Of a stretch of 64,000 nt of DNA, positions 1 through 17,456 are shown one piece after another. Every line of letters begins with the position of its first letter. The stretch's first letter is position 1. Made by a program: the position numbers and the translations under genes. The stretch lies in the NCBI GenBank assembly GCA_012295275.1, contig CM022673.1, forward strand, positions 23,002,001 to 23,066,000. Direction: 5' to 3'. Source of the DNA: Chrysomallon squamiferum (Eukaryota > Animalia > Mollusca). The notes below the pieces were generated by a model, which had not been told where the DNA came from, did not search any database, and saw only the letters and a program-made list of their open reading frames with translations.

Positions 1-221
1 AAAGAACTTACATTTGAGGTTTCTTTCTAAATAAAATTAAATAATTATAACATAAACTTTTATCTGATGGAATCATTTACTAATTAGGTAACAAGTAACA
101 AGATAAAAGAGTAATGTTGCGCAATGGCCCTTATTTATTAAACATGTGAATCAATTCCTTACTTCTAAATATTGTAATCAGTTTATTTCAAAGTTCCATG
201 CTGTTCTTTTGTCATTTGAAG

Positions 222-428
222 GTAGAGAAGCAGTCTGTGATGTTTGTTCAAGAGGAAAACAGTTTCTTGCATACACAGGTGGCTCTGAACACCAAGACTA
301 AGGATGCAGTTCGCTTCAAAGCTGTATCGTCAACAAGTTACGAAATATGTCTCTTTCCAGTGGAAACAGACACAGAACTATGCAAGCAAATTGCCCTAAT
401 GATGGCTGAGTGCAGAAAAAACTCCTGA
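222..428 (+). CDS. Probable terminal coding exon of an unidentified gene entering from the left edge (VEKQSVMFVQEENSFLHTQVALNTKTKDAVRFKAVSSTSYEICLFPVETDTELCKQIALMMAECRKNS*)
   Basis: Pyrimidine-rich acceptor ctgttcttttgtcatttgaAG ends at 221. It is followed by a non-repetitive, locally GC-richer open frame to TGA at 426-428 and then T-rich UTR-like sequence. Protein family not recognised. Confidence 0.6.
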   Translation, partial: VEKQSVMFVQEENSFLHTQVALNTKTKDAVRFKAVSSTSYEICLFPVETDTELCKQIALMMAECRKNS

Positions 429-1715
429 AATTCATGTATATAACACTTAGTTAGTTTTCGTCATTTATTTCATCTCCATGTACTTGTAAATATTCTTGCT
501 GCTAAAAACTATTTATGACATTTTTAGTTAACTTGTCAGTCTGAAGTCATCAAATCACAAATTAAAGTTTTTAACTCATTGAAGTCATTTATATACTTTA
601 TATTTTAGAAATTGTCCAGTAGATGAGTGAAAACTGAAATGCAAAAAGATTGCTTAAAAAACAATTTAATATTTTTTATTTTATAACCTTAAAAAAAAAT
701 TAAATAAAAGAAAGAAAATACGGGGTCACAAGTTATACAAATACAGTACCTATACTATAATTTATTTTTATGAGATTTTTACTAATTAAGCTTTAAACTG
801 ATATTATTATTATTATATTTAATTTTAATGATAAAATAAAAATTAATAAAATATCCTTTTTGTAATATTTAATCAGTCCCTTAATCTGAACAATTAATTA
901 CAGTTCCGTCTAAAAGAAATAACATCTGATGTTAGATTAGTTCAGTGCAACAAAATGTACAATTTCAGTTACACTGTCCACAGTTGCCTCCTTTCATCAG
1001 TACTTGAAAAGCCAAAATACACAGTCTCACATTATACTGTTCACAACTGCATCCTGTGTTATTTTTCTGTTGCTTGTATATTAATTAATGTACTTATTTT
1101 TTGACAATGAAGTCTATTTATCTTCCGTGGATAGCAAATGTGATCACTGAATACTCGTGTCTGATGGACCTCATATAGAATTTTGAAGAAGATTTAACAT
1201 CAGCGAATGCTCAGAAACACATTTTATTATTCACAGTTTATAGATCTCACATTTCATGTATTACATATGTTAATGAGAAACATGCTCCCCAACCCTTCCA
1301 TAACCCAGACTAATTACTAGTCATTTTTAATGTACACTTTCCATCAGACAAGAAAGCACATACCACGATCTTTGACAAATAACTGACTGGAATATAAACT
1401 GTGCTTGCAGTGAGACTGTTTATAATGTATCATAACCCAGTCTGATGTTCGAACCACATCACTACATTCCCCTTCAGTAAGTTATACACATCAGCTCATT
1501 AGTAATGCTTTCTCAAATATCAGAAATATAATTAAAATAGATGATTAATTTCTTTATTACACATGTTTTGGATTGTATGAAACTGAACCCAAAGAATTTT
1601 ATTTCTGTATTTGTTGTTTTGATTTAAGATAATACAGTTTCTCATGACTTTTTGTGAACATCAGATTTTTTTTTTTATTATTATTTTTTTTTCTTTCTTT
1701 CTTTTCTTTTTCTTT

Positions 1716-1720
<5 letters not shown>

Positions 1721-1785
<65 letters not shown>
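1721..1785. repeat. (CT)n microsatellite
   Basis: Pure dinucleotide run. Confidence 0.95.
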
Positions 1786-1791
<6 letters not shown>

Positions 1792-2571
1792 TTTTTTTTT
1801 TATTCTTTTCTGATGATAAACTAATCTAGTTATATAGCTGAATGAATATATTTGATGAAACAAAATATTTTTTAAAATTTCTACATGCATTTATTGTATT
1901 GGGTTTGTAATTGTTCATTTTATTGTAAATTTTTATCAATAAGTAATTTGTGCACTAGAACACATTACTTTTTAGGTTGTTTGTTTGTATTTACTGTCTG
2001 GAAAACCAGCAATGGTAATTAGCAATGCTTTAATTATTTATTTTAATCTATAATTAATTGTCACCAGTGTAGATATCTAAATAAAGAAATCATTATGATG
2101 GCAGTTAAACTGAAAGAGAAAAATTAGTATTAAACTTTTTATTTGTTTCATAAACCACTTTGTGTGTGATTTTATTTTATTTATACAGATAACAGTTAGT
2201 GTCTCTATTGTTTTTTTAAGTACACTATTCCTGATTTGTTGATACGCACATTTCTGTTACTGGATGTTTATTTACAAATCATTAATTTTTTAATTATTTT
2301 GCATGGACCAGTCAGTTATATTTGTTATTTATTTTGCCCTTGCAGTATTTTATTTAAATATTAAATATTTGTTTGGTCTCAAATGTTCATTAGAAATCAC
2401 ATTTATAACAACTTTTTATTGCTTAACTCAACTGAGACACATTTATAAATAACAAACTTTTTTTATTTATTTTTTTTTCAACCATACAGTCACATAAGAT
2501 GAATAACAAAATAAAATTCTCAAAATTTTATTAGAAAAGAAAATGACTTGATAGTGTGAGATTCAATAATT

Positions 2572-2620
<49 letters not shown>

Positions 2621-5600
2621 AGTTATTTATTCTTTTTAATAAAGTTAAGCACTTGATAAATTATATTTATTTTTAATCATTTATTTATTATTATTATTAA
2701 TTTTTCTTGCTTTTGTTGTTGTGGTGTTGTTATCGTAGTTTTAATGAAAGCTTTGTCCAAAACAAAAAAAAATAATAAAAGGAAATTATCATTTGAACAA
2801 AAGTCCAGAAAAAAGAAATAATAATAATAATAAAAATAATAATTAACAATAAATAAATAAGATTAAAACTTTATTTTTGTGTCCAAAAATATTTGTTTAA
2901 AGTTACATAATCATTAAATACATATATAAGATAGATATACCTCATTATTTGTTGTCTTCTTTAAAACATATGCATAAAAGTAATACATTTTATCCCGAGG
3001 AAACTTTGGAAATGAAATTCTATAATTTTTATTGTTGTTTTGAATCAATTTTACATTTTGCTTTAAGAATTTTTATTCTGTAATTAAATATATAAATATT
3101 TATAGTCTGTTGTATTTATTTTTAACGAAATGTTGTAAAATATGTTTTATACATGGCAATATGTACATATAAAAATCTCCAGATCTGGTCTCTTAATATA
3201 TGTACCAGTAATCTAGGATTTCTGTTTATTTGAGAATTTTAGTATTATTTATTTCAGCAAAAAAATTTGCTACCAAAGATATACTATATTTAATAATTGT
3301 TTTAGCAATATAGACATAAATCTTAGACGTTTGTGTTGTTGTTGTTTTGTAGGGTTTTGGGGGTTTATTTTTATGACATAACTTTATTGTCTTCACAAGA
3401 AATGATTTATTTGTAATATTTCATTAGTATTTATATTTTATACAATTCTTTTGTGCTAGTCATTATACATGGTGGATAACTGTTTCAAGTATTAGATGAA
3501 ATATTTTTTCCTTTTTTGAAATTTCATTTGTTAAAAACGTGTAGAAATTAAACAGGATTTTGGAAAAAATCAACCATGTGGCTAACAATTACTCTAAACT
3601 GTTTTATTATGTCAAAATTCTGAAATAATCAAACTAGGCTACCACCCCTTACTCCATCTCCTGCACTAGGAAATGGTTTTAAATAACATACAGTATACCA
3701 TGAAAGAAAACAAAACCAGCACTGGTCATTTTGCTGATAATAAAATATCAAACCATAAGCTGGATTTTCCATGAATGAACATGGTTTGAATGTATGAAAG
3801 TAAATTTACTGATATACATTATTAAATTGCTTTACAAACTTCAGTAATTATGTAATGTTTAATTAATCAGGTTTCATACAATGTACATGAGCAAATATTA
3901 AACTGAAAAATATAATGGTTTCCATCAGTGAGATCGTAATGTTCACAAATTGTATACTGTTTGAGAGCAAAGAATAAAGCTAATTATTGGCTACTTGTTT
4001 GTTCATTTGTGATGTGACTTCGAAAAGTCAGTTTAAATAAGTACCTAATAAATATTTAATACTACCTTAGCTCAAAGGCAAGGAGATAAAGCAGAATTAT
4101 GAGCAGAAAGATACTGGTTAACATAACAACAGTAATGGTATATTGAAATGTTGCTGTGAATTTCCTATTCATCAAATATTCATGTATGTGCTAAATGAAT
4201 ATCACAGATAATTAACTAACAAAGTTGTAATATTAATACCTTATATAAAACAAAACCATGATCCAAACAAACTTACATTATCACCGTATCACAATATAAA
4301 TTCCTATTAATGCCAAAATGATTATATTTCACCAACATTCTGTACACATTCTGTACACATTCTGTTGATTAAATCAGAGGGATATTTTGTAACTAAGATA
4401 ATGCAAAAAAAACACAACTTTTTTTTTCTATTTTGCAATCCTAATTACAGTATCTGGCCATTTTGAAATGAGAAGAAAATTAATACATTTATTAATTTTT
4501 TCTTCATCTTTGAAACTGAATATAGTCAAATAGTTACAGCAATCACCCTTGTTAAGAGACCGTTTTTAATTCTTTAAAATTAATTAAACTGACCTGAATT
4601 GAGCAATAAGAGACTGTGTTAATTCTCTGGAATGTATATTGTTTAAACTGACATGAATTAAGCAGCAGCTGTACTAAAAGACCATTTTTTTTATACTCCC
4701 TTTGGTATTTGCATAACTTACGTTTTTATGCAATAAAAAAAAAAATCAATATTTGGAATTTGAATATATTAAATAAATTCAATTATTAAGATTGTAACAA
4801 CAGATGCATGATTACATTATTTTGTGTGTCTTTTAGGCACATGGTTATCTTTACGTTCTCTATAGGTGTATATAGGTGTGTGACTCTACAAATTAGAATA
4901 ATTTTTCATTTACTGAAACAGCTCCTCTTTTCACTGAATACCCATGTTTTTCCTACAGTAATATTTTTACAAAGCTGAATATTTGCCTTATGTTTTCAGA
5001 TGTAAAAAAAAATATTGGTACGAGCTTTAAATGGAAGTAGTGGAAGTCATTTCACGTTTTATGAGATTGCATAATGGTTTACTTTTTTTATCAAAAATAA
5101 AAATTGTATTTTTCACAGGCTGAAAAACAAAGAAGTTAAAATAAATCACATTAGCATATAAAATTGACTGAATGTGTCCAAAATGCATCAGAATTATCCA
5201 TTTACCTTCTTTGCAAAACTCACTTCAATTTAATGCATGACAGTGCAAATAGAATTTGATAGAAGCATTTCTTTCATCCAGTAAAAGTGATTACCCTTAA
5301 AATTTGATAAGAAACATCAACAGTTATTTTTGAAATTTGTCTTCGGTATTAAACTTATGAGTGCATATATCAAAGTTTCTTAATTTCACCCAACAATCTT
5401 TATTAATAACAAAGTACAATAAAATAATAAAACTAACAAGAATGCATGAATATCAGTGATATAAAAATAGATAAATAAATAATTTTAAAAACTGGTCTAT
5501 AAAATATTTTACATTTCTATACCTAAAACACTGTTAAAAGCAAATATTTGCACTACATACAAATTTTATCAAACATTATTATTCATAAAAATTCCCATTA

Positions 5601-5970
5601 ATATTTGCTTTAAAAAAGAAAAAAGAAAAAGAAAATAAATAATTTTATATTTACAGCACTTATTTGTGAAATCAACACTTTATTATTTAGTATTATCTGT
5701 TGAATATTTGGAAGCCATTAATTCATAAAATGTTATGCTGTTATCCATTTGAGATGTTTTTCTAAAAAAGGACAAAAAGCATTTTTAAAAACATGACAAA
5801 GCCATGAAGAGTATGAGCTGCGTTTTTATTTACAAGTATAAAATGTAGGTTATTTGATTAATATTCTGATATTTACATTCTCTCCTACAAAACAAAGCCT
5901 ATCAACAAGTATTTCAAATTGTAATAACATGCACTGGGATAAAAAATAAAAGAAGAAAATAAAATAATAA

Positions 5971-6007
<37 letters not shown>

Positions 6008-9000
6008 CTTTAGATTACGTGGCATGCATGGAAGATTTACACCGGATTACAATATGTACTGACTTTATACCTGTTACATCTGAAACTGAAATAAATTACA
6101 CACTCATAAATACATATTAATACATTCTGAAACAATCTTATTGTACTTTTTCAAACGACAGTCATCTTTAACGAAGTTATGGCATAAAATATTTACAACT
6201 GTTTCATTTAAAAAATAATAATAACTAAATTAAAAAATAAATAAATAAGTAAATAAATTTTTTTAATGTGCCTGTTTAAATAAAAAGTGCAAAGTCCGCA
6301 TCAATTCTGGCTCTATGTGTTGTTAAATGTGAAATGGTTAGTAATTAAAAAAAGAAAGAAAAAAGATTACACCTAATTTATGATACACCACAAAGCACAT
6401 AAAATAAACATTACACATGAACTTATACTAAATTTTTTAATTTGTTCTTGTAATTGAAGTAATAATGCATTTAAACATTTCTTGCCATTTCTCATCATGT
6501 TGATTTTTAATCATGAAGAGATTAAATGTTATATAAACAATCTTTATTAAGTAACTTGTGCTAAGGATCCTAAAAATTACCCAATCCATTTTATGTAAAA
6601 CATACAGAACAAAAAGATACTTTCATTTTTGTTTAAACTGGACAACTAAAATAAAAAAGAAGGAAAACAAAATACTGTACATACTAAAAATGGACAAATT
6701 TAAGAAAATTAAATTTGGAATAGTGATAAATCAATCATAAAGTTCTAACAAACAGATATCAGTATTTTTGTCATCTGCTGTCAGCTAATTATTATTAAAT
6801 TAATGGGCTGTGGGGATCTAATTCAGGTGCAGTGAGAACATTATGTTTATCATTTTTTGTGTTACTCATAGCAACAATTGGTTTTAATATCAACATAACA
6901 AGACAACAAGCAACAAATCCTATAAATAAATTTTAATCGCATTGGCTTATTTAAGAATTATGAAAATTTATGCTAATTTCTTACTGTGTTAGTGAAATAT
7001 ATATAAATTCTCCACAAAACTTACATAATGAAACAATCATAAATTCAGATCCATTATTCAAGAAAACATTACAATGAATAGCACACATTATTAAACAATT
7101 TCTATTTTTCTAAATGAAGCACAGGCTCCAATTGTAAAAATCACTCCACCATAGCAAAAACCTACTGTTAATATTTATTAATCATTTTATGAGGTTTTTA
7201 ATACTTACACAAGTCTGTATTGTCATAATAAAAATATTTCACATATGAATAAAACTGGATGTTATTTTCTCACAGTATTTCATAAATTAAAACAAAATTG
7301 ATAATGATAAAAAAACACAATAGAGCCATAATTGTCTTTAATAATGAAATCATGTTTAATGTTTGAGCTACATTGTTATAAACTATTAATAATCAAAACA
7401 TATCCAAATATAAATATGACAAAATGTACTCTTAAATGCATTATCAATCTACTGGGATAAAAATAACAATTGTTAGTAGTAAGCACCGAGATCTCACACA
7501 TTTTTGATTAATGTTTTCTGCTTTGACAAATAAGGACTTGTATGTATTTCAGTCTACTAGGCTCATCAACAGCTTGTTTTCATGTGAAGTCAAGCCATTT
7601 GTTTCTCAAACACACAATATGTAAATGTTATTCTGCATCTTTAACCCTCAGACTTAAATTAGATAAAATTATGGTTTTGTTTTGCATCATTATCATAGTA
7701 AACTTTATGAAGTTATTTTTTTAACTCTCTGGTTCTTCATACATGTTCATGGTAGTAGAAATTTTATGGTTCTAAATGGAAACAAAATAACCAAATACAA
7801 CACAGTGTGGAACAGCTTATACAAACAGGTGACATCAGTGAAAACAAGTAAATGTTCCTTCCTGAAAGGATTGTTCGGCAGATGTGTTCTTTACATTATT
7901 TAACAAATTGCCTTTGTTATACAGAAAATCAACCAAAATTATGGAACTGAAAATTAATAAAGCAGATTCCACTAATATAACACAGATTTTAAAAAAAAAA
8001 TTGTTTTTAAAAATATAGTAAATAGGAAAATAAATTCTGACATGATTTACTGTCCAATATAAAATTATGTTGTTAATTTGTGGACCATTAGAAATACTTG
8101 CCACATTAAGTGTAACTTATTTTGTACTTCATTATATAAGTGCAATTTTAGATCATCTGAAAGAATTATTAAGAGCTGATTTTATTTTCTACATATTTTT
8201 GTTACAACTGTAATGATAAATATAAACTCAATGTCGGAAAAAAATAAACTTCAGTTTAACAAACTGCATTCCCACTCTGCTTTTTGCACAGTAATTTAAC
8301 ATCTGTCTTTGTACAAAATACCTGTGGTAGCCAATTTAACACCAAGAATGCCAAGTCAATATAGTGCATTAATATACCAGTTTAATAACTAAACAAACTG
8401 TTTGGTGTTTTCCCCCCAGCAATCAGTGTTTTCTGTTGCCATTTTCCTAATATTTTCCCCATTTTCATACATCTCAGTGCCTAGATTGTCTTCTGCTTAG
8501 TACCAGACCTGGGAAGACCTGATAGAAAATTTAATCAGAAAGATGTAACTGTCTTCTTAATTAAAACTACAATTCATTAACTCCTGTAATATCAACTAAA
8601 ATAGTATCCTTCAGACCTGTCACATTTGTATAAGAATCAAGATAACAAACAAAACAACTTTGGTTTTTGTTAATATTTTTAATAAGTATATTTGCATGCT
8701 ACGTTTAAAGCAACCAGTGCCATTAGGTAATCGCATTTCTCTGCAGTTGTTAAGGTTAAAGTATAAAATAATAAAAATGCTTTACTATACTACAGTTATT
8801 TACCAATACCCAAAATGCTAGTTCATCATTCCTCTTTCCTACTTTTATACAAGAGCATTAATCAGAACTCAAAATTATTCTTGAAAAAGATGCTATGTTA
8901 ATTTATTACATCTGCATTAAATATAAAAAAAGGAATTAACACACCACATTGTAACATTTTCGTTTTTCTTCTGTAGTGTTCACTATCATGTATTCTAAGC

Positions 9001-9121
9001 CAGCACAAAATCAGATAAAAAAAAAAAAGGTTTAAAGAAAACAATTTATATATATATATATATAATGTATACATATATGCATATATTCCATGTTTATACA
9101 TATATATATATACATTTCTGT

Positions 9122-9152
<31 letters not shown>

Positions 9153-11945
9153 CTACACACACACACACATTCTGCTTATATACCACGGACAACATTTCTG
9201 TTATATTATTCCTAATAGGTGAAATGTTAATTATATTTACATTCTAAGGCATGAAAAAAGAGAGAGAAAGAAATAATATATTCCATGCACACAAACAAAT
9301 TTATATATACGGTCAAACCACTATACACATAAATATCTGGCTAATGTACAAATGTGTATAGTGAGACAAAATCTAAAAACAAAATACTGAACAAAATTTC
9401 TGTTTCATGCATTTTTCACAATGCATTTTAACAACATGCCTTTCTGTAAAAACCTATTTAAATCATTAATTTGAAACAAAACAAAATAATATTTAAAAAA
9501 AATTAATAATAAAATAAAATAAAATGATTGTTTTATTATCAACACTAAAAATTAAACTTCCATGTTAATATTTATTTGACATGTAATAACAAGACAGGAC
9601 AACTGTCATTATGATTTAGCATTCAGGTTACAGATGTTCCATTTATCAAAAAAATATTGAATGTTATGAAGAACTACTCAAATAATGATTATTTTAATTC
9701 TGCGGTACTAATATGTGTATTAATAAATCGTAAACAATGTGCAAATGATTCAAATATTAGTTTGAATGCTGTGAAATCCTATCGTTCAAAAGTTTATCTG
9801 ATTATAATTATATAGAACTAAATATTTTAATCTTGCACCTTAATGATGGCTTTAACTTTCCTTTCAAACCCTCTATCACAATGTCAGGACTTAATTACAA
9901 AAATTACTGGATCATATGCTTACTGTTTATATTTTAACTTTAGTGCATATCCATAAGAAAAACCATAGAAAGTTAAGACAGTGATAATAAAATAATTTAA
10001 TGCTATTTACTGCCCCATTTATATATGCATTAGAAATAAAAAAAAATTTTAAAAATAAAAAAAATAAAATAAAATAAAAAGTACAAAGCTTATGGTCATA
10101 ACAAACTAGGTTAAAAGAATGGTTTTTAGCACTAAATGTCATATTTATATATTGTTTTTAAAGAGATTTTATATATATATATATATATATAAAAAAAAAA
10201 AAAAGAAGAAATATATTGCCAGTAAAATAATTTTAAATTATAAACCTTTCTGTTAAAAACATCAAAATAATAACAACAATAATAGATTGAATTCCAAAAA
10301 AAAAAAAAAAAATGTAACAAACTAAAACTGTTATAAATGAATGAATGAATGAACAAAGGAAAAAATTATAAATACTGAAAAAATAGCTGTATGTAATTTA
10401 ATAAGTTTCTGTTATTTTATCAATAATAATACAAATAAATGTTCCTGCAGAATGATTTTATTTTGCAGAGCAATGAGAAGAAGTAAAAAGAAAAGAAAAA
10501 ATATGGGAAAAATGAGAAAGATCAAAATGTAATAACATCATAATCTAAATATTTTCTTTTTACATGAAGTGTGCAAAGCAAAGAAGGGAAACAAGTCTTA
10601 AGAAAAATATTAATATCAATGTTCCAGTTTGATTTGTTTATCACTGAGATCTTTTACACTATATACATTTCATCTATAATCTAAAGAAAAATTATGACAT
10701 AATTATAAATTATTTTCATCAAACAAAATTCTGTTTCAATATTTCAATTATATATTTAATGGTTTCACTCTACAAAACCTTCCCACATGTTAATAAAATT
10801 TTATTGACAATGATTTTATTTTGTTCACAATCTCCCATTTCACTTGAAATAACTAAGTTACAAGAACCTTAGGGGATAAAACATCAAACTGTGATTATAC
10901 ATACATCCAAAATTATTTGCTGTATACAGAAACAGAATAATGTCTACCATGTGTAGGTTAGTGAAAAAATCTCAGTAGTTTGAAGAAAATGCCTGCACCA
11001 GGTAAATTACACATAAAATGCTAAGCATTCTATTTTGTCTCCATCAAGACTCTTGAAGATACTAAACTTTTGTAATGTTCGAAATGGCAAGTATTAATTT
11101 TCTTATGCATGCATATTCAAAATGTTCATTATAATACTACATTGTTATTTCTTTCTTTCTTCCTTTTTTATTTTTGTTTACTTTAGCACAAGTTTTGATA
11201 TGGAAACAATCATAACTATTCACTTCATGGCTTTAGAAATTGTAATTTTAGTTTGTATTATATTTTAAGCAAATTGATAATTTAAATTTGTGACACATTT
11301 TAAAACAGAACAGCCTCAGGGTGTCATGAATAAGAAGGCCAGATGAATTACCCAACAGGAAATAAACGTTCCTTTACAGGTAAAGGCTCAGTTCATCTTA
11401 TTGTGATGCAATACCTGACATGTCTAAATTAAAATCAATCATTAGGTGTACAGCACAGCAAAATGTCCAATATCTATCAGATGAATTTGTTAACACTCCA
11501 AATCACACATATTATGTCACTCTGGCTATAATTCCGATTACAATGAAACATGGTTACCACTTGGTACCAAATGTGAAACTTCAAAACGGTGTCAGCATCC
11601 ACAATAAAAGACCATTCTATTTATCAGAAATAACAAAATATTCTGGCCCCATTAATTCCAGGTTAACAAGCTCTTTTTGTTTTTCAAACAAAGCAACAAA
11701 TATAATAAATAAAATTAATGTTAACTGACCAAAAAAAAACAAATAATGAAAAATAATAATAAATGTTTCGTAAACCAAGCCATTTTGCAACATTTTAATT
11801 TCATTTTGTGCTTTAAACTCATTTCTTATAAAAAATGTAAATTTCTAAGATTTATGTGACCATGTACCTGTTATGATGCATAAATATATATATTTATCAT
11901 GTTAGGTGCATGGCAATAACAGGTAAAGGTTTGTTTTCTGGGCTG

Positions 11946-11979
<34 letters not shown>

Positions 11980-12066
11980 CATATACACAGGTCTTTTCCC
12001 TTTGGGGAATTCCTCTTCTTTTTATTTTTTTAATATATAAAACACTGCCGCCTAGATTCAGTAAAA

Positions 12067-14513
<2,447 letters not shown>

Positions 14514-14950
14514 CCTGATGGACTGCCAACAGGCATCAAATCTGTTGAGTAAACAAATATAAAAAATAAGAAAACAAATTTATTCAATCTGGCTGAAAAC
14601 CAGAAAGCGTTTAGACTTTAATTGGTCTGTAAAAAAAATTGAAATTTAACTAAACAATAAAAAATTTAAAAAATAAAAAATCAGTAAACCCAAAAACGAT
14701 TAAAAATAATTCATTCAAAATAGTTCACAGCTCTATTTCAGGCTTCTGAAAACTCACTATGCTTAAATTAAAAACAAGTTTGTTTTAAAATTTTCTTTGC
14801 TGTCTTAGTCTGGTTTATATTTAAAGACTGCCAAAAATATCAGAGAATGCAAATAATCTATGAAATTTTTTACATATATAATTCTGTTTGGATAATTTGA
14901 CAGAAATAAGTTACCTAAAAGTTGGAGAGAGAAAAAAAGTTCATGATACA

Positions 14951-15020
14951 GTGATAGTGATACTAGTAACTTTACTCATATAACTTTCCTCATGTGATAG
15001 TGATACTAGTAACTTTACTC
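14951..15020. repeat. 27-bp direct repeat, two copies (gtgatagtgatactagtaactttactc)
   Basis: Identical copies at 14951-14977 and 14994-15020, within the ARF6 5' intron. Confidence 0.8.
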
Positions 15021-16379
15021 CAGTTCTTTACTCAACAATTTGCATAAACAATGAATGTTTAAACACAACTTATTTTGATGTCATACAATGTTCCTAAAGA
15101 ACTTACGTTTATTAATTACTATAATATATACAGTATCAGATGGTACAACCTACTGATATATTCTTGTATAATGATTTATTATTAAACATTTTAGATCTTC
15201 CATAGGATAAAATGTAAATAGTTGAAATATAATGAAACAGATAACCATGATGAAATACATTATCAAAAATATGTGTTTCTCTGGTTTATCTCTCAGTCAA
15301 GATTAAGTGATATACTGATTAAATTGTAATAGTTTTATAAAACTATGTCTGCTTTCCATTGAATAAAACAAATATATAATTAGTTTGGTTATTTTGCTTT
15401 TTACTTATCACTGATACTTATGTGTTTGCAGAAGATATCTATTAAAAATATGTTAATTCATTAAGCATGTGTCATCATCATTACTAAGCAAAATTAAAAA
15501 TGTTATTTTATTCTAGCTTCACATGCATGCAAAGTTCAGTTTCCTATTATTACAAACTGTATTAAAGAAACACTGCCTGTTAAAAGATTTATCTCAGCTC
15601 ATCTAAGTAAATTAATGTCACAAAAGTTATGACAGCACATAATTAATTCCACTCAGTATGAATAATCAGTAACATGAGAATTAGTTTTTTGTTTTGCACT
15701 TTATAATATTATATTTTAAATACCAAACAATTTCAGCTTACAGTTTCACATTAAGTAATCTATCATGTTCTGACATAAAAGGATTTTCACTGTTTCTGGT
15801 GATAAAATATCATGCTGTAAATTGTAATTATCATATTATGTTCTTAAGAAAACATTTACCCAGTAATGTAGATTTACAAGTATCTTCCCATATGTAATGC
15901 CCTATGAGAATGAAAGAGGCAAACATGTGGAATAGAGATCATATTATTTGTAAACAATAAAGTGTGTGACTATCACTATGAGAATAATCTGATTAATTAT
16001 ATTATTAGTGCCATTTGTCTAATTTTGAACGAGAAATTAATTATTATATTTTCAGTTCAGGTGATCTTATCTTAATGACTAATGGCAAAACTTTATCAAA
16101 AATGAGACGTGATGCAATTTGTTTCGTTATAACTTACATTATTACATTACAAACGTAAGTTTTGGAAACTGGTCACCTGCCACTGGCCCGAATGAGACAA
16201 CCAGAAAGCCAACTGTTTGACTCGGTTTATATGACTTCCAGTGCAACCAGATGTTGTAAATATTATCTAGTTATAACCATTAATATGATATGAAAAATCA
16301 TGCTGGAAATATTAGTATATCCTAACCGGTTCTGGGTGGCGACATAAAAAAATTGCAAATCATATCCGTACACACCTAC

Positions 16380-16800
16380 CCGATTTCGTCCTTGTTATTA
16401 CTACTTCCTGGGGAAGTTAATGTAAATGAAGCAAATCTTTACTGAAATTTAATATTTGAATATTGTTTTGATTCGCGTGACACGAAAACGAAAGACATTT
16501 AAGTTTGTTTACTACATTATTAAGTGTAAAATACAAAATACCACAATCACATCCTCCATAACGGAGCTAAATGGCGGTTGTGATAGCTTCCGCAATCGGA
16601 GATAAAATAGTTCAAGGAATTACATCACATTAGCTGAATATTTTTACAGCATTCGAAATTAAAACACAATTTTATTACGTATCTACTCCTATTCTTTAAC
16701 TGAAACAATGTTTAAACAATAAATTGATAATAATGGATTCAAATAGTTGACGCGCACGAATACACTTTCATTCGCCCCCTAGTATCAGTTGTTGTGATAT
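16380..16800 (-). promoter_or_regulatory. Candidate ARF6 non-coding first exon and promoter
   Basis: Coding exon 1 has an acceptor at 14542, so an upstream exon is required. A donor G|GTAGGT sits at 16379, CpG becomes frequent here, and a YY1-like AAATGGCGG lies near 16569-16577. The TSS cannot be placed. Confidence 0.4.
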
Positions 16801-16906
16801 AGTTCAAGGGGAACAACTCTCTTTAACACAAAACCTCAAGAGTTCGGATTTTGTGTAATGCAAATTCCGATTTTTGTTATTTTGCTAATTTAAACAATTT
16901 TTTTTT

Positions 16907-16939
<33 letters not shown>

Positions 16940-17366
16940 TTTATTAAATGTTATTGTAAATAGTTCGTTTCTTATTCTTATTCTTCTTGTTATTGTTATT
17001 ATTTGCCGTCACAACCACTGACTGTCCCACGATTTTGTAAAACTTTTAACTGAAACTTGAAAGGTAATAGAATCTTCTTTCCTGATTCATTAGTCTAGGT
17101 TATCTCTTACATCACAAGTCGTGTAATTGCTTTTATTATTTCAATTAATGGGCATCATCAGTCATGACTATTTTATTTCGAAATAAATGTTCACAGGAAA
17201 ATATGAAAACTGAACATATATGCGCATGCACACATAGATACATTCAAATGGAAAATAAAATAATAAAACATTCTAATTGAACTGAAGAATAATTGCATCG
17301 GTTTAGTGTCAAATTTATAGACCGTAATATATAAACATACAGAGTAATAATAATAATAATGATCAT

Positions 17367-17368
<2 letters not shown>

Positions 17369-17453
<85 letters not shown>
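17369..17453. repeat. (CT)n microsatellite
   Basis: Pure dinucleotide run. Confidence 0.95.

Positions 17454-17456
<3 letters not shown>

Noticed and set aside
11420-11728. 102-aa ORF antisense to the ARF6 3' UTR
   Set aside because: No recognisable motif or splice context; an ORF of this size is plausible by chance.
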